Of a stretch of DNA of 62,363 bases, positions 35,289 to 46,278 are shown in pieces (within the stretch, counting starts at the first letter, position 1; the number at the start of each line of letters is the position of its first letter). This stretch comes from an uncultured Candidatus Saccharibacteria bacterium (GTDB lineage: Bacteria; Patescibacteriota; Doudnabacteria; UBA920): contig CAZYQT010000002.1 in NCBI GenBank assembly GCA_964650255.1, positions 24,540 to 86,902 of the forward strand, read 5' to 3'. Made by a program: the position numbers and the translations under genes. The notes under the pieces were generated by a model. That model was not told the DNA's origin and made no database searches. It worked only from the letters and a program-made list of their open reading frames with translations.

Positions 35289-36428
35289 ATGGCTCATTTA
35301 ACGATTCCTTCTGATGAGGAAAACCGCCTAAAGGCGGAGTTGGAAAAACGAACAGATAGTGAAGCCGCTCGCATAAAGCGGTATTTAAATATGGATGACC
35401 TTAGTCGTCGCGAGTCTGGACCAATCCGCGAACTGGTCAATAACATTGTTGGCCTCGACCAATTTAAAGATTTTGATATTATCACCATCCCGGAAATTGT
35501 GCCAGCAAGCGCCAGTTTTGATCTATTCAACTTTCCAGCTGATCACCCAGCGCGTTCCAAGTCCGACACCTACTATGTTGATGACGAGAACATTTTGCGC
35601 ACTCACACCACTGTAATGTGGTACTACTATTTCCAACAACCGGAAATTCGCGCGAAAATTTCTGACAACAAACCACTCGGCGTTCTATCTTATGGAAAAG
35701 TTTACCGCAAAGATGAGATCGATCGCAACCACATGAACATTTTCCATCAGATGGATGGTTTGTATTTGCATCCAACTAGCGAGCGCACAATTACGCAAGA
35801 TGACTTAAAAGAAGTGTTAGCCAATGTTGTTAAAGCTGCTTTTGGTCCAGACATTAAATACCGATTCAACGACGACAACTTCCCATACACGCATTCATCT
35901 TTGGAGATGGAAGTAGATAAAGACGGGCAGTGGGTAGAAGTACTAGGTGCAGGTTTAGTTAATCCAGAAGTGTTGAAGCGACTCGATGTCGACCCTGCTA
36001 ACTACAACGGTTGGGCCTTTGGTTTTGGTTTGGAACGTTTAGCAATTATTGGCATGGAGCTGCCAGACATTCGCTTGCTATGGAGTGAGGATCCGCGCGT
36101 TGTTAAACAACTTAAGCTAGGACAAAAATTTGAAGCTGTTAGTAAGTTTCCACCGGTTATCCGTGACATTTCCTTTATAGTTAAAAAGACTTTTGAACCA
36201 AATAACTACTTCGACCTTATCCGCGACATAGGAGGGGACTTAGTGGAAGAAGTTCAGCTTATGGATAAGTACGAAAACGCAGAGAAGTTTGGCGCCGATC
36301 GAGTGAGTTACACCTATCGTATTTTGTACAGATCACCAGAACGGACTTTGGAGGCTGCAGAAGTCGAACCCCTCCAAGACCAAGTTTACAAACAAACTGC
36401 TGAGCAGTTTGATGCTGAGTTGCGATAA
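35289..36428 (+). CDS. pheS: Phenylalanine--tRNA ligase catalytic (alpha) core fused to a C-terminal FDX-ACB anticodon-binding domain
   Basis: Class II motifs FPADHPARSKSDTYY, GKVYRKDEIDRNHMNIFHQMDG and GWAFGFGLERLAII. The C-terminus SKFPPVIRDISFIV...VSYTYRILYRSPERTL is the FDX-ACB fold normally found at the end of PheT or in mitochondrial PheRS. Confidence 0.85.
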   Translation: MAHLTIPSDEENRLKAELEKRTDSEAARIKRYLNMDDLSRRESGPIRELVNNIVGLDQFKDFDIITIPEIVPASASFDLFNFPADHPARSKSDTYYVDDENILRTHTTVMWYYYFQQPEIRAKISDNKPLGVLSYGKVYRKDEIDRNHMNIFHQMDGLYLHPTSERTITQDDLKEVLANVVKAAFGPDIKYRFNDDNFPYTHSSLEMEVDKDGQWVEVLGAGLVNPEVLKRLDVDPANYNGWAFGFGLERLAIIGMELPDIRLLWSEDPRVVKQLKLGQKFEAVSKFPPVIRDISFIVKKTFEPNNYFDLIRDIGGDLVEEVQLMDKYENAEKFGADRVSYTYRILYRSPERTLEAAEVEPLQDQVYKQTAEQFDAELR

Positions 36429-36430
36429 AA

Positions 36431-37276
36431 TTATTTTATTTTTGAGAAAAGTAATACTGTCCGCTGGGTAAAACCATCACCCAAATCTTTTTCGTATACT
36501 TCTAGATTTCTAGTATCCGAAGTCAGGATTTTGACTCCTAAGTTATTATCAAATTTGTAATTAGCAATCATCCTGGGCTTGGTAGTTAACGGTGGATCAA
36601 TATTGCCAAGATAAAACCCTCTTAACCTTCTATAATCTATTGATTGTGGCGTTTGCTGGGCTGAGATTGTTTCTGGGGATGCCCCCCCTTGAACGCATGA
36701 CGTTAAAGGAGGGGGGTCTGGCAAAGTATTTACATTCCAATGCAAACCTTCTCCAGCCAAGGAACAAGCAACGTAATTTCTCCATTCCTTCGTTGAGAAA
36801 TCAGTCTGTCCAACAAGCATATCATCACTAAACTGAACTTTGGCTTGATAGATTATATTGTCTGTGTCGTACACAATCCCGATTTGACCCAATTCTCCAA
36901 ATTGACTATGAAAAACGCTACAAAATTTAAAATAAAAATATTCAAAATCGCATGTAGTCGTGGAAGCTAATCGCGCAGGAGTTTCTATTGTTGTTGTAAA
37001 TACCCCGGAACTTTGCCAATTGGCCATTGATTCTATAACAGAGTTTCTGTATATAACAGCAGAAGTATTTTTTGATCCAATACTAAAAGGTAACTCAGTA
37101 TGGTACCAATGCCATGGAGTTACCCCATCAGCCTTAGATTTTATGGGCTGAACTTGATTTTTACTAGTTTCTTGGTACCAATAGAACCCTCCGACTATAA
37201 CGAGGGCGCACATTAGAGCAACAAGTAAAGGCTTGTTCGTCTTAAGCGGAAGGCTAGTCTTTTTTGGACTTGTCAT
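36431..37276 (-). CDS. Membrane-anchored secreted hypothetical protein
   Basis: 281 aa with an N-terminal TM. No recognisable domain. Confidence 0.5.
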   Translation of the reverse strand: MTSPKKTSLPLKTNKPLLVALMCALVIVGGFYWYQETSKNQVQPIKSKADGVTPWHWYHTELPFSIGSKNTSAVIYRNSVIESMANWQSSGVFTTTIETPARLASTTTCDFEYFYFKFCSVFHSQFGELGQIGIVYDTDNIIYQAKVQFSDDMLVGQTDFSTKEWRNYVACSLAGEGLHWNVNTLPDPPPLTSCVQGGASPETISAQQTPQSIDYRRLRGFYLGNIDPPLTTKPRMIANYKFDNNLGVKILTSDTRNLEVYEKDLGDGFTQRTVLLFSKIK

Positions 37277-37557
37277 TTTTGAGTTAATTTAATTAATATT
37301 ATTATATCAAAATGATGCTTATTTTCATAGATTTTTTGCTACTTTAGAAGTGAGATACGTTTGCAAAACAAAATATGATATAGCCCCTATTTAAATTAGG
37401 GTTAAGCTTTAGCCCGAATACTTTAATAAAGTATCGACTATGGGGAATAGTGCAAGATTCAGCCGATAAAGCCGAAGAGATAACAAATAAGCAATACTTG
37501 ACGATTACCACAAATTGTGGTAATATTATCTTTGCAAGATTTTTTATTGGAGGAGTT

Positions 37558-38004
37558 ATGACAAATCAAGATACTGGTAATCCTGAAAGAATTCAATACA
37601 AAAGACGTGAGCTTTTGTGCACCGGAGCCATAATCTCTGACGAAATTAAACTCTCGGAGATCGCAGACACGCTTTACCCCAACACCCTCTACATCCGAGG
37701 CCACTATCCCAGTTCCGGCTTATCGGCAGAAGCTATTAAGAGAAATATTTCCAGGCTTTGGAAATTTTTTGAAATTCAACTAATCAGCGGGGAAGTTTCA
37801 AGCATTAGAGATCACATGCAAGTGGCTGAGTTCTTCGTAACGATTGGTCATCGAAGGCTGATGATCCAAAAGCAGCAATTCAGGCCTGGTGATAAACTCA
37901 AACGCAATCACATCCTCAAAGGAATTACCGATACATTTACGTACCGGACTAATTCGTCGCCGTACTGGCTTTGCCCTTTTGCATTGCAATCCCATCTTCG
38001 GTAA
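37558..38004 (+). CDS. Hypothetical protein
   Basis: ATG 37558 is preceded by GGAGG at 37550-37554. The listed ORF opening at 37450 lacks an SD. Confidence 0.4.
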   Translation: MTNQDTGNPERIQYKRRELLCTGAIISDEIKLSEIADTLYPNTLYIRGHYPSSGLSAEAIKRNISRLWKFFEIQLISGEVSSIRDHMQVAEFFVTIGHRRLMIQKQQFRPGDKLKRNHILKGITDTFTYRTNSSPYWLCPFALQSHLR

Positions 38005-38032
38005 CCCACCATTTCATCTGAAATTAGAGCCA

Positions 38033-38059
38033 AAAAGCCGCATTTATAAGCGGCTTTTT
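38033..38059 (+). terminator. Rho-independent terminator
   Basis: AAAAGCCGC-atttataa-GCGGCTTTT plus T. Confidence 0.7.
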
Positions 38060-38093
38060 CTTTATTCCGGAATTAGATCTTCCTACTAAAATA

Positions 38094-40240
<2,147 letters not shown>

Positions 40241-40255
40241 CTAACAGGAACACAA

Positions 40256-40278
40256 AGCCGGCACTAGCCGGCTTTTTT
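40256..40278 (+). terminator. Rho-independent terminator
   Basis: AGCCGGC-acta-GCCGGCT followed by TTTTTT. Confidence 0.8.
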
Positions 40279-40373
40279 ATCCTCTTGACACCCTCTTGTC
40301 TTAGACTCCACGCGAGATTACAATTAAGCCAGATCCACAAAATCTCAAGAAAAACTTTAGGAGGCTCACCCAG

Positions 40374-41108
40374 ATGTATATGCGAACATTAGTCCTTGCT
40401 GGTTCTATAATCATGGCATTGGTTACCGCCACCACTGCCAGCGCGCAACAGTTCCCAATCAACCCCCAACTTCAGGGCCCCCTGGGCAATCCTGTTATCC
40501 GACAACCAAACAGAAATCCATTCCCATCTGAAACCGTCATCCCGTCCAAGTACTCACGGATCCCGCACAACAGAATCACCATTGTTGACGGAGAATTCGC
40601 CCTTGATAGTATCTGGGAGCGAGTAGATGGCAAAAAACTCCTCGTCCATACAGAAGGGAGCTTGGATAAAAAAGTTGGTTTGTACTCAGTAACATTTCAC
40701 CTTGCAAATGATTCTGTCAGTTTCGCAAAAACTAACAGAGTGGCGACAAACCTGCAAAAGATTGGTATACCGATGCTAAACCAAAATAATTGCGACCTCG
40801 GCGGGTATTACGCGATCAAATTCACAGATTTTGGGTTCAGCATCATAGATGAAAAGAAAAAATCTGAACAAGCCCTCAAGGCGACAGCGGCTTGGGCTTA
40901 CGAGTCGGGTATACCACAGGCAGTAGCAATCCAAAAGGTTAAAAACCTCCAAGGCACTGTCTTAGGACAAGATGCCTTAGAGCAAAATCTCCACGACACC
41001 GTAGATTCGAGTTTCCTTCCAAACTTAATTTGGGAAAACCGCCCAAATGAACTGAAAGGAAACCCTTGGCCAGTGACTGCAAAATCTGGCAAAAATTACG
41101 ATGGCTAG
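40374..41108 (+). CDS. Secreted hypothetical protein (signal peptide ...ASA/QQ)
   Basis: SD AGGAGG at 40358-40363 and signal-like MRTLVLAGSIIMALVTATTASAQQ. Confidence 0.5.
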   Translation: MYMRTLVLAGSIIMALVTATTASAQQFPINPQLQGPLGNPVIRQPNRNPFPSETVIPSKYSRIPHNRITIVDGEFALDSIWERVDGKKLLVHTEGSLDKKVGLYSVTFHLANDSVSFAKTNRVATNLQKIGIPMLNQNNCDLGGYYAIKFTDFGFSIIDEKKKSEQALKATAAWAYESGIPQAVAIQKVKNLQGTVLGQDALEQNLHDTVDSSFLPNLIWENRPNELKGNPWPVTAKSGKNYDG

Positions 41109-41126
41109 GATAGAAGGCGAAGCCAA

Positions 41127-41166
41127 AGCCGGACCGAAGGAAAACTTCGGTCTGGCTCTTTTTTTT
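41127..41166 (+). terminator. Rho-independent terminator
   Basis: 13-bp stem AGCCGGACCGAAG / CTTCGGTCTGGCT followed by CTTTTTTTT. Confidence 0.8.
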
Positions 41167-41194
41167 ATTACACAACGATATCACTCGGTTCGAT

Positions 41195-41224
41195 TTGACT
41201 AAAAGTCAACGGGTATAGTATAAT
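41195..41224 (+). promoter_or_regulatory. Promoter upstream of secE-nusG (TTGACT-18-TATAAT)
   Basis: TTGACT at 41195-41200 and TATAAT at 41219-41224. An A-run/hairpin/T-run element (41230-41249) lies between it and secE. Confidence 0.5.
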
Positions 41225-41273
41225 GGCTAAAAGCCCTGCGAAGGGTTTTAAAAAAGCTTAATTTTATAAATAC

Positions 41274-41477
41274 ATGAAATTTTTTAGTAGAATTTTTAGA
41301 AGCATCATTCAATTTTTCCGCGATGTAATCGCTGAGATGCGCAAAGTCATTTGGCCGTCTCGAAGCGATGTCTTTCGTTATACTGTCACTGTGATCGTGT
41401 TCAGTATCGTAATGGCAGCTATTCTAGGCGGTGCTGACTTTGGCCTTCTTAAAGGATTTGAACAACTCATCAAGTAA
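41274..41477 (+). CDS. secE: Preprotein translocase subunit SecE
   Basis: 67 aa. FFRDVIAEMRKVIWPSRSDVFRYTVTVIVFSIVMA is the typical SecE core, and the gene lies directly upstream of nusG. Confidence 0.75.
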   Translation: MKFFSRIFRSIIQFFRDVIAEMRKVIWPSRSDVFRYTVTVIVFSIVMAAILGGADFGLLKGFEQLIK

Positions 41478-41480
41478 ACT

Positions 41481-42026
41481 ATGTCGAAACAACAAATCAC
41501 CGGTGAAAAGAACTGGTACGTATTACACACATATAGCGGATACGAAGACAGCGTGGCTTTGAACCTTAAGCAGCGTATTGAAAATCTTGGCATGCAAGAT
41601 AAAATTTTTGATGCCATTGTGCCAAAGGAAAAAAAGATCAAAATTAGAGACGGTAAACGCACCACTTTTGATGAAAAGATTTTCCCGGGCTACGTTTTAG
41701 TTAACATGATTGTAACTGATGACTCTTGGTACGTGGTTCGCAACACTCCTAACGTAACTGGCTTCGTTGGCAGTGGAACCATCCCAACACCAGTTTCTCA
41801 AGAAGAATGGGATTATCTGCAGAAGCGCATGGGTACTGAAGAGCCGAAGTTCAAAGTAGACTTTGAAGTAGGCGAGTTAGTAACTATTACTGATGGTCCG
41901 TTCAAAGATTATCAAGGTAAAATTTCTGACATCGACCAAGCCAAAGGTAAAGTCAAAGTCATGGTTACCATCTTCGGCCGCGAAACTCCAGTGGAACTAG
42001 ACTTCTTGCAAGTTAAAAAGAGTTAA
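41481..42026 (+). CDS. nusG: Transcription termination/antitermination factor NusG
   Basis: WYVLHTYSGYE, FPGYVLV, and the KOW motif GELVTITDGPFKDYQGKI. Confidence 0.9.
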   Translation: MSKQQITGEKNWYVLHTYSGYEDSVALNLKQRIENLGMQDKIFDAIVPKEKKIKIRDGKRTTFDEKIFPGYVLVNMIVTDDSWYVVRNTPNVTGFVGSGTIPTPVSQEEWDYLQKRMGTEEPKFKVDFEVGELVTITDGPFKDYQGKISDIDQAKGKVKVMVTIFGRETPVELDFLQVKKS

Positions 42027-42030
42027 ATAC

Positions 42031-42135
42031 ATGGTGAATTTTGACCCCAACGATGGCATGGATACTGCTAAGTTTTGGTGGGATCATCCCTGGGTGTATG
42101 TTTTAGCCTTGGTAATAGTAGGTATTATCATATAA
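42031..42135 (+). CDS. Small membrane protein (34 aa), not in the ORF track
   Basis: ATG 42031 to TAA 42133-42135. Product MVNFDPNDGMDTAKFWWDHPWVYVLALVIVGIII, lying 4 nt after the nusG stop. Confidence 0.3.
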   Translation: MVNFDPNDGMDTAKFWWDHPWVYVLALVIVGIII

Positions 42136-42190
42136 AAATCGTGTCGAAAGTAATGTCTTAATTCTGAATACATCTAATATGGGGTAAATT

Positions 42191-42221
42191 AAAAGGCAGT
42201 GCGTAAGGCTCTGCCTTTTTT
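42191..42221 (+). terminator. Rho-independent terminator
   Basis: AAAAGGCAG ... CTGCCTTTTTT. Confidence 0.65.
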
Positions 42222-42293
42222 GTTTGTGGATAAGTCGTTTGCTGAATTTTTAAAATAGGCGCAGACTTAAGACGGAAATTAACATTAAATCAA

Positions 42294-42644
42294 ATGAACA
42301 AAAAACAACAAAATATTTTAGTAGCATTCTGTATCCTAATAATCGGTGGCTTGATCGGCTTTGGAATTGCATCACGCCATTACGGCGTTGGGCCATTAAG
42401 AAATTTGCAAAGCATTCCATCTTCGGCAACCCTGAACGCTGGTCGTAGTTGGGCAATTAAAGCGGGGGGTAGCTGGTCCATCAAACCAATTGCCAAGACT
42501 CCGAACGACACGGCTTCAGACATATTAGTAACATCATTTTGGATCCCTGAGAGCGAAGACTGCATGGACTACAAAGCAATAAAAACAGGGAAGACGGAAA
42601 ATAACCCCGATACAGGTGAACTATTCCAAGAATGCACCTTATAG
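42294..42644 (+). CDS. Membrane-anchored hypothetical protein
   Basis: 116 aa with an N-terminal TM. Confidence 0.45.
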   Translation: MNKKQQNILVAFCILIIGGLIGFGIASRHYGVGPLRNLQSIPSSATLNAGRSWAIKAGGSWSIKPIAKTPNDTASDILVTSFWIPESEDCMDYKAIKTGKTENNPDTGELFQECTL

Positions 42645-42675
42645 TTGGATTTATTTTCAATGGATAAACCACCCC

Positions 42676-42704
42676 TTGCCAAAACCTCCAAAATACCCTA
42701 TAAT
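42676..42704 (+). promoter_or_regulatory. rplK promoter (TTGCCA-17-TATAAT)
   Basis: TTGCCA at 42676-42681 and TATAAT at 42699-42704. Confidence 0.6.
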
Positions 42705-42782
42705 TCCAGCATCAATTAATAAGTAGTCGGCTGCGGATTCGTCTAGCAGTCTCGTCCCTAATAAGGATTACTACTCACAATA
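42705..42782 (+). promoter_or_regulatory. rplK 5' leader sharing motifs with the rplA leader (candidate L1-binding autoregulatory leader)
   Basis: ATCAATTAAT (42711-42720) and CTCGTCC-cTA-ATAAGGATTAC (42751 onward) recur in the same order upstream of rplA. Confidence 0.35.
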
Positions 42783-43208
42783 ATGGCTAAAAAAGTCAAA
42801 GCAATGGTGAAGTTGCAATTGCCAGCCGGCAAAGCAACTCCAGCCCCACCGGTAGGTACTGCCCTTGGACCCCATGGTCTAAACATCGCAGACTTTACCA
42901 AGCAGTTTAATGATCGCACCGGCCAAATGGGCGACCTCATTATCCCGGTCGAAATGACCATTTATGAAGATCGTACTTTCGACTTCATACTTAAAACCCC
43001 ACCTGCATCTAACCTGATCATGAAAGCGATTGGTTTGGCAAAGGGGAGCGGCAATCCACTAACTACTAAAGTTGGAAAGATCTCTGCTGCACAAATCCGC
43101 GAAATCGCAGAAAAGAAAATGCCTGACTTAAATGCAAACAGCATTGAACAAGCAGAAAAAATTATTCGCGGTACAGCTCGCTCCATGGGCGTAGACGTTA
43201 CTGCCTAA
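42783..43208 (+). CDS. rplK: 50S ribosomal protein L11
   Basis: [39 protein letters not shown], 141 aa. Confidence 0.95.
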   Translation: MAKKVKAMVKLQLPAGKATPAPPVGTALGPHGLNIADFTKQFNDRTGQMGDLIIPVEMTIYEDRTFDFILKTPPASNLIMKAIGLAKGSGNPLTTKVGKISAAQIREIAEKKMPDLNANSIEQAEKIIRGTARSMGVDVTA

Positions 43209-43257
43209 TAACAATCCAAAGACTATAAATATTAATCGTCAAACTATTCTCTGGCCC

Positions 43258-44043
43258 TTGGTTATAATACTGACGGTGCTAGTTTTAGGTTTGGCATTCT
43301 ATATTTGGAAAGGAGGTAATCAGTCTGCGCAATTATCCAACGAAGAGGCAAACCTGCCTCAACAGACTGAAGAAAATCAGAGTCAAGAGGATGCGAAGCC
43401 AACTTACTCGTATCAATACATTCCAAACACCGTCAATCATAACTTCACTGAATTCACTGAGGCAACGTATGATGGTAAAATTGTTCGTACAGATCTTAAA
43501 ACTAATGCCAAGGAAACTGTGGTTCCGAGTGTAAAGAAGGCCTATCCGGCAATTAAACCAATTAACCTTAGTTTTGAGGTTTTGTCAGCTCCAAAAAATT
43601 CATCTAACATCTACTTTACTGTTATTCCTAACGAAACTGATGGATTCCCTTTTGATATCATTAGATACAACGGGGAACAGAACACTTTCACCAAGCTCAA
43701 GACCAGCACCTACTTTGACAGTCCGGGTGTGAGAAGCGGCTCGAAGAACTCAGCATATGTGGCCAGCACGGAAAATCCGCAGAATGGCGAAGACGAAAGA
43801 AGCCTCTTTCTAATAGATTTAGAGACAGACACTGCCAAACTCCTTACAAAGCTTCCTGCCAATGAAACTTTTAACTCTTGCTATGAAGGAAACTGCCTGG
43901 GCGGTTGGATGGGACAGATTGAATGGCTTTCAGAGTCGACGTTCCAAATAAGTGTGTATGATGCAAACGCTACAACTACCGACGAACAAGGCTACGGCCC
44001 TGTTAGGAAATTAATAGCTAAGCGAAAATTCACAGTAAAATAA
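43258..44043 (+). CDS. Membrane-anchored hypothetical protein inserted between rplK and rplA
   Basis: 261-codon ORF (TTG start as listed, uncertain) with an N-terminal TM and its own terminator. Confidence 0.45.
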   Translation: MVIILTVLVLGLAFYIWKGGNQSAQLSNEEANLPQQTEENQSQEDAKPTYSYQYIPNTVNHNFTEFTEATYDGKIVRTDLKTNAKETVVPSVKKAYPAIKPINLSFEVLSAPKNSSNIYFTVIPNETDGFPFDIIRYNGEQNTFTKLKTSTYFDSPGVRSGSKNSAYVASTENPQNGEDERSLFLIDLETDTAKLLTKLPANETFNSCYEGNCLGGWMGQIEWLSESTFQISVYDANATTTDEQGYGPVRKLIAKRKFTVK

Positions 44044-44056
44044 TTGTCCGAAAAAG

Positions 44057-44087
44057 AAAAGAGTCAGGTTGTCCCGACTCTTTTTTT
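44057..44087. terminator. Terminator between convergent genes
   Basis: AAAAGAGTCaGG-ttgt-CCcGACTCTTTTTTT. Confidence 0.6.
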
Positions 44088-44124
44088 GGAGATGATCACA
44101 ATAACTCCGAGCGCTATCAGTTAT

Positions 44125-44451
44125 TTACTTGAATTCCGGGAATCGTAAAACAAAATCCCGTAACCCATCTGCATTACCCCGTTGGTTAATCTCTTCAAAC
44201 ACCCTTTGCCTAAACATTGGGAATTTTTCAGCGATATCAACTAATAGACTACAGTCGCGATCTTCTTTAATCGTTCGATAAAGAAAATACACAATAGTTG
44301 CCCTAAGGAAATAACAAGTCTGATAGTAGTTCAGCAAAGTATCAATGCCACTAAAATTCCAGCTAAACGCATAAGCGTTATAAAACTCCAGGATTTTTTC
44401 GTCAACATTAAGTAATGCCAAACTATTCGAGCCCGTTGATAGAGTTACCAT
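44125..44451 (-). CDS. Hypothetical protein
   Basis: 108-aa minus-strand ORF between rplK and rplA. No domain recognised. Confidence 0.45.
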   Translation of the reverse strand: MVTLSTGSNSLALLNVDEKILEFYNAYAFSWNFSGIDTLLNYYQTCYFLRATIVYFLYRTIKEDRDCSLLVDIAEKFPMFRQRVFEEINQRGNADGLRDFVLRFPEFK

Positions 44452-44521
44452 AAAAACCTCCTTGATTGTTTATGTTGCCGAATTATACCGTAATTGCTCA
44501 TATTTGTCAACAATTACGGCC

Positions 44522-44550
44522 TTGATTTATTATTAAATATATGGCACAAT
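44522..44550 (+). promoter_or_regulatory. rplA promoter (TTGATT-17-TGgCACAAT)
   Basis: TTGATT at 44522-44527 and TGGCACAAT at 44542-44550. Confidence 0.5.
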
Positions 44551-44620
44551 ACCTTATCAATTAATCTCGTGGGAGAGATGCCGGCCTGGCCGCACTCGTC
44601 CTACCACGAAAGGAATTTAC
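44551..44620 (+). promoter_or_regulatory. rplA 5' leader with a GGGAG-containing helix (candidate L1 autoregulatory site)
   Basis: ATCAATTAAT (44556-44565). CGTGGGAG ... CTCGTCCTACCACG can form an interrupted helix (CGTGG/CCACG plus GGA/TCC), and AAAGGAATTTAC precedes the ATG. Confidence 0.35.
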
Positions 44621-45304
44621 ATGACACATGTGTCAAAACGCGCCAAGGCTAACTTGGACCTGGTAGACAAGGAAAAGATCTACACCGCAGAAGAAGCTAT
44701 TGAGTTAGCGAAGAAAACTGCTACTACTAAATTTACTGGCTCTATTGAAGTGCACGTAAAAACTGGTATTGATGCCAAGAAAACCGATCAAGCAATTCGC
44801 GGTAGTATTACTTTACCAAACGGTACAGGTAAAACTCGTAAAATCGCTGCTTTCGTAACCGAAGGTAAAGAGGCAGCTGCTAAAGCCGCTGGTGCATCAG
44901 TAGTTGGTGGGGAAGAACTCATCAAAACAATTAAAGACTCTGAAAAAACAGATTTTGATATTGCTGTCGCGGAGCCTGCAATGATGCCTAAGCTGGCACA
45001 AATTGCGAAAATTTTAGGAACTCGCGGCATGATGCCTAATCCTAAAACTGGCACAGTTGCAGAAAATGTTGAAGCAGCAATTAAAGAAATTGCTGGCGGT
45101 AAGGTTAGTTTTAAAAACGACAACTCCGGCAATGTACATCAGGTAATTGGCAAAACTGATTTCGACACTGCCAAGCTTGCAGAAAATCTAAAAGTATTTA
45201 TTGATGCTTTGCACGCTCACAAACCTACGGCTGTAAAAAAAGCATTTATTACTAGCATGAGCCTTAACGCCACTATGGGCCCAGGCATAAAATTCAAAGC
45301 TTAG
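44621..45304 (+). CDS. rplA: 50S ribosomal protein L1
   Basis: 227 aa with FTGSIEVHVKTGIDAKK.DQ.IRGSITLPNGTGK and MPNPKTGTV. Confidence 0.95.
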   Translation: MTHVSKRAKANLDLVDKEKIYTAEEAIELAKKTATTKFTGSIEVHVKTGIDAKKTDQAIRGSITLPNGTGKTRKIAAFVTEGKEAAAKAAGASVVGGEELIKTIKDSEKTDFDIAVAEPAMMPKLAQIAKILGTRGMMPNPKTGTVAENVEAAIKEIAGGKVSFKNDNSGNVHQVIGKTDFDTAKLAENLKVFIDALHAHKPTAVKKAFITSMSLNATMGPGIKFKA

Positions 45305-45318
45305 AAACTATAAAATTT

Positions 45319-45346
45319 AAACCCCTGCAAAGGGGTTTTTATTTTC
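45319..45346 (+). terminator. Rho-independent terminator
   Basis: AACCCCT-gcaa-AGGGGTT followed by TTTATTTT. Confidence 0.8.
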
Positions 45347-45361
45347 AAATGATAAAAAATT

Positions 45362-45370
45362 TGCTACAAT
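45362..45370 (+). promoter_or_regulatory. Extended -10 (TGcTACAAT)
   Basis: Same nonamer as at 3141, 19921 and 46229. Confidence 0.45.
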
Positions 45371-45413
45371 GCTACATACTTAAATTCAAAAGAGGAAAAT
45401 AATGGGGTAAATT

Positions 45414-46124
45414 ATGCTGAAATATAAACCAATAGACGAGGATGTCCGAATTGGCACCCTTGAAAATATACGAAAATTTATCGGCCTAAACTACAAAATG
45501 AAGGCCGAAGACCCTGTAGAGGAAATGCTCCGCATTGATATGGTGATAAAGAATTACTTCACAGACCTATTTAAAGGCTACGGTTTGATGGTTTTAGTAA
45601 AAGAGTTTAATCGTATTTTGTTCCATGCCGACCAAATCAGGCGCATTGGCCATTTGCACGAAGCCTACGTTATAGCAAGTCTGAACGGTAAGACATCGGC
45701 AGGCGAAGACGACTTTATCAAGTGGTCAGTCAATGCTAAAAAGGTCGGATTTCGATCTGTCACTGTTGAAAAAATATATCTGGCTTACGATAAATTAAGG
45801 GAACGAGAAGGTTTTACCCATTTAAAACCCCGGATGAATAAAGCGCCGTCCAAGGTAACGATCATGGATCGGATGGAAAAACTTCTTCAGAGCCCGAAAT
45901 TTAAAGGTTGGCAAAATGGCCCAGTGAATCTCGACCAATTAATCCAGGCTTTGAACGAAACGGCAAATCCAGGTATTGAATACAAGGGAACAACCGTTGA
46001 TTTTAATACAGTGCGAGATACACTACTAGAGATGCGGGCACGTGCAAAGCACGAAAAAGGAAAAAACCTTTGGCCCAGATACCAACAATTTAGGGTAGAT
46101 AAAAAACAAATTTTCAAGCGCTAA
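45414..46124 (+). CDS. Hypothetical protein
   Basis: 236-aa soluble ORF with its own promoter. No recognised domain. Confidence 0.5.
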   Translation: MLKYKPIDEDVRIGTLENIRKFIGLNYKMKAEDPVEEMLRIDMVIKNYFTDLFKGYGLMVLVKEFNRILFHADQIRRIGHLHEAYVIASLNGKTSAGEDDFIKWSVNAKKVGFRSVTVEKIYLAYDKLREREGFTHLKPRMNKAPSKVTIMDRMEKLLQSPKFKGWQNGPVNLDQLIQALNETANPGIEYKGTTVDFNTVRDTLLEMRARAKHEKGKNLWPRYQQFRVDKKQIFKR

Positions 46125-46228
46125 AGACTAACACCTGAACAAACGACTATATGCCATAGTTTAGAAATCAGGTGTTTTACTTATGCGTATTTTTGCTGTT
46201 TTGGCCAAATGTACAGGCCGAAATTTTA

Positions 46229-46237
46229 TGCTACAAT
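46229..46237 (+). promoter_or_regulatory. Extended -10 (TGcTACAAT) upstream of dcd
   Basis: Exact nonamer, 41 nt before ATG 46279. Confidence 0.45.
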
Positions 46238-46278
46238 AATTCAGAACTACCATAAATAAGCTTTTAAAGGACATAAAA

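Noticed and set aside
41230-41249. Hairpin between the secE promoter and secE as an attenuator or small RNA.
   Set aside because: The stem is an A-run/T-run-flanked symmetric hairpin with no downstream U-tract beyond the stem, and the predicted transcript would be only about 20 nt. There is not enough evidence to call it more than a generic hairpin.
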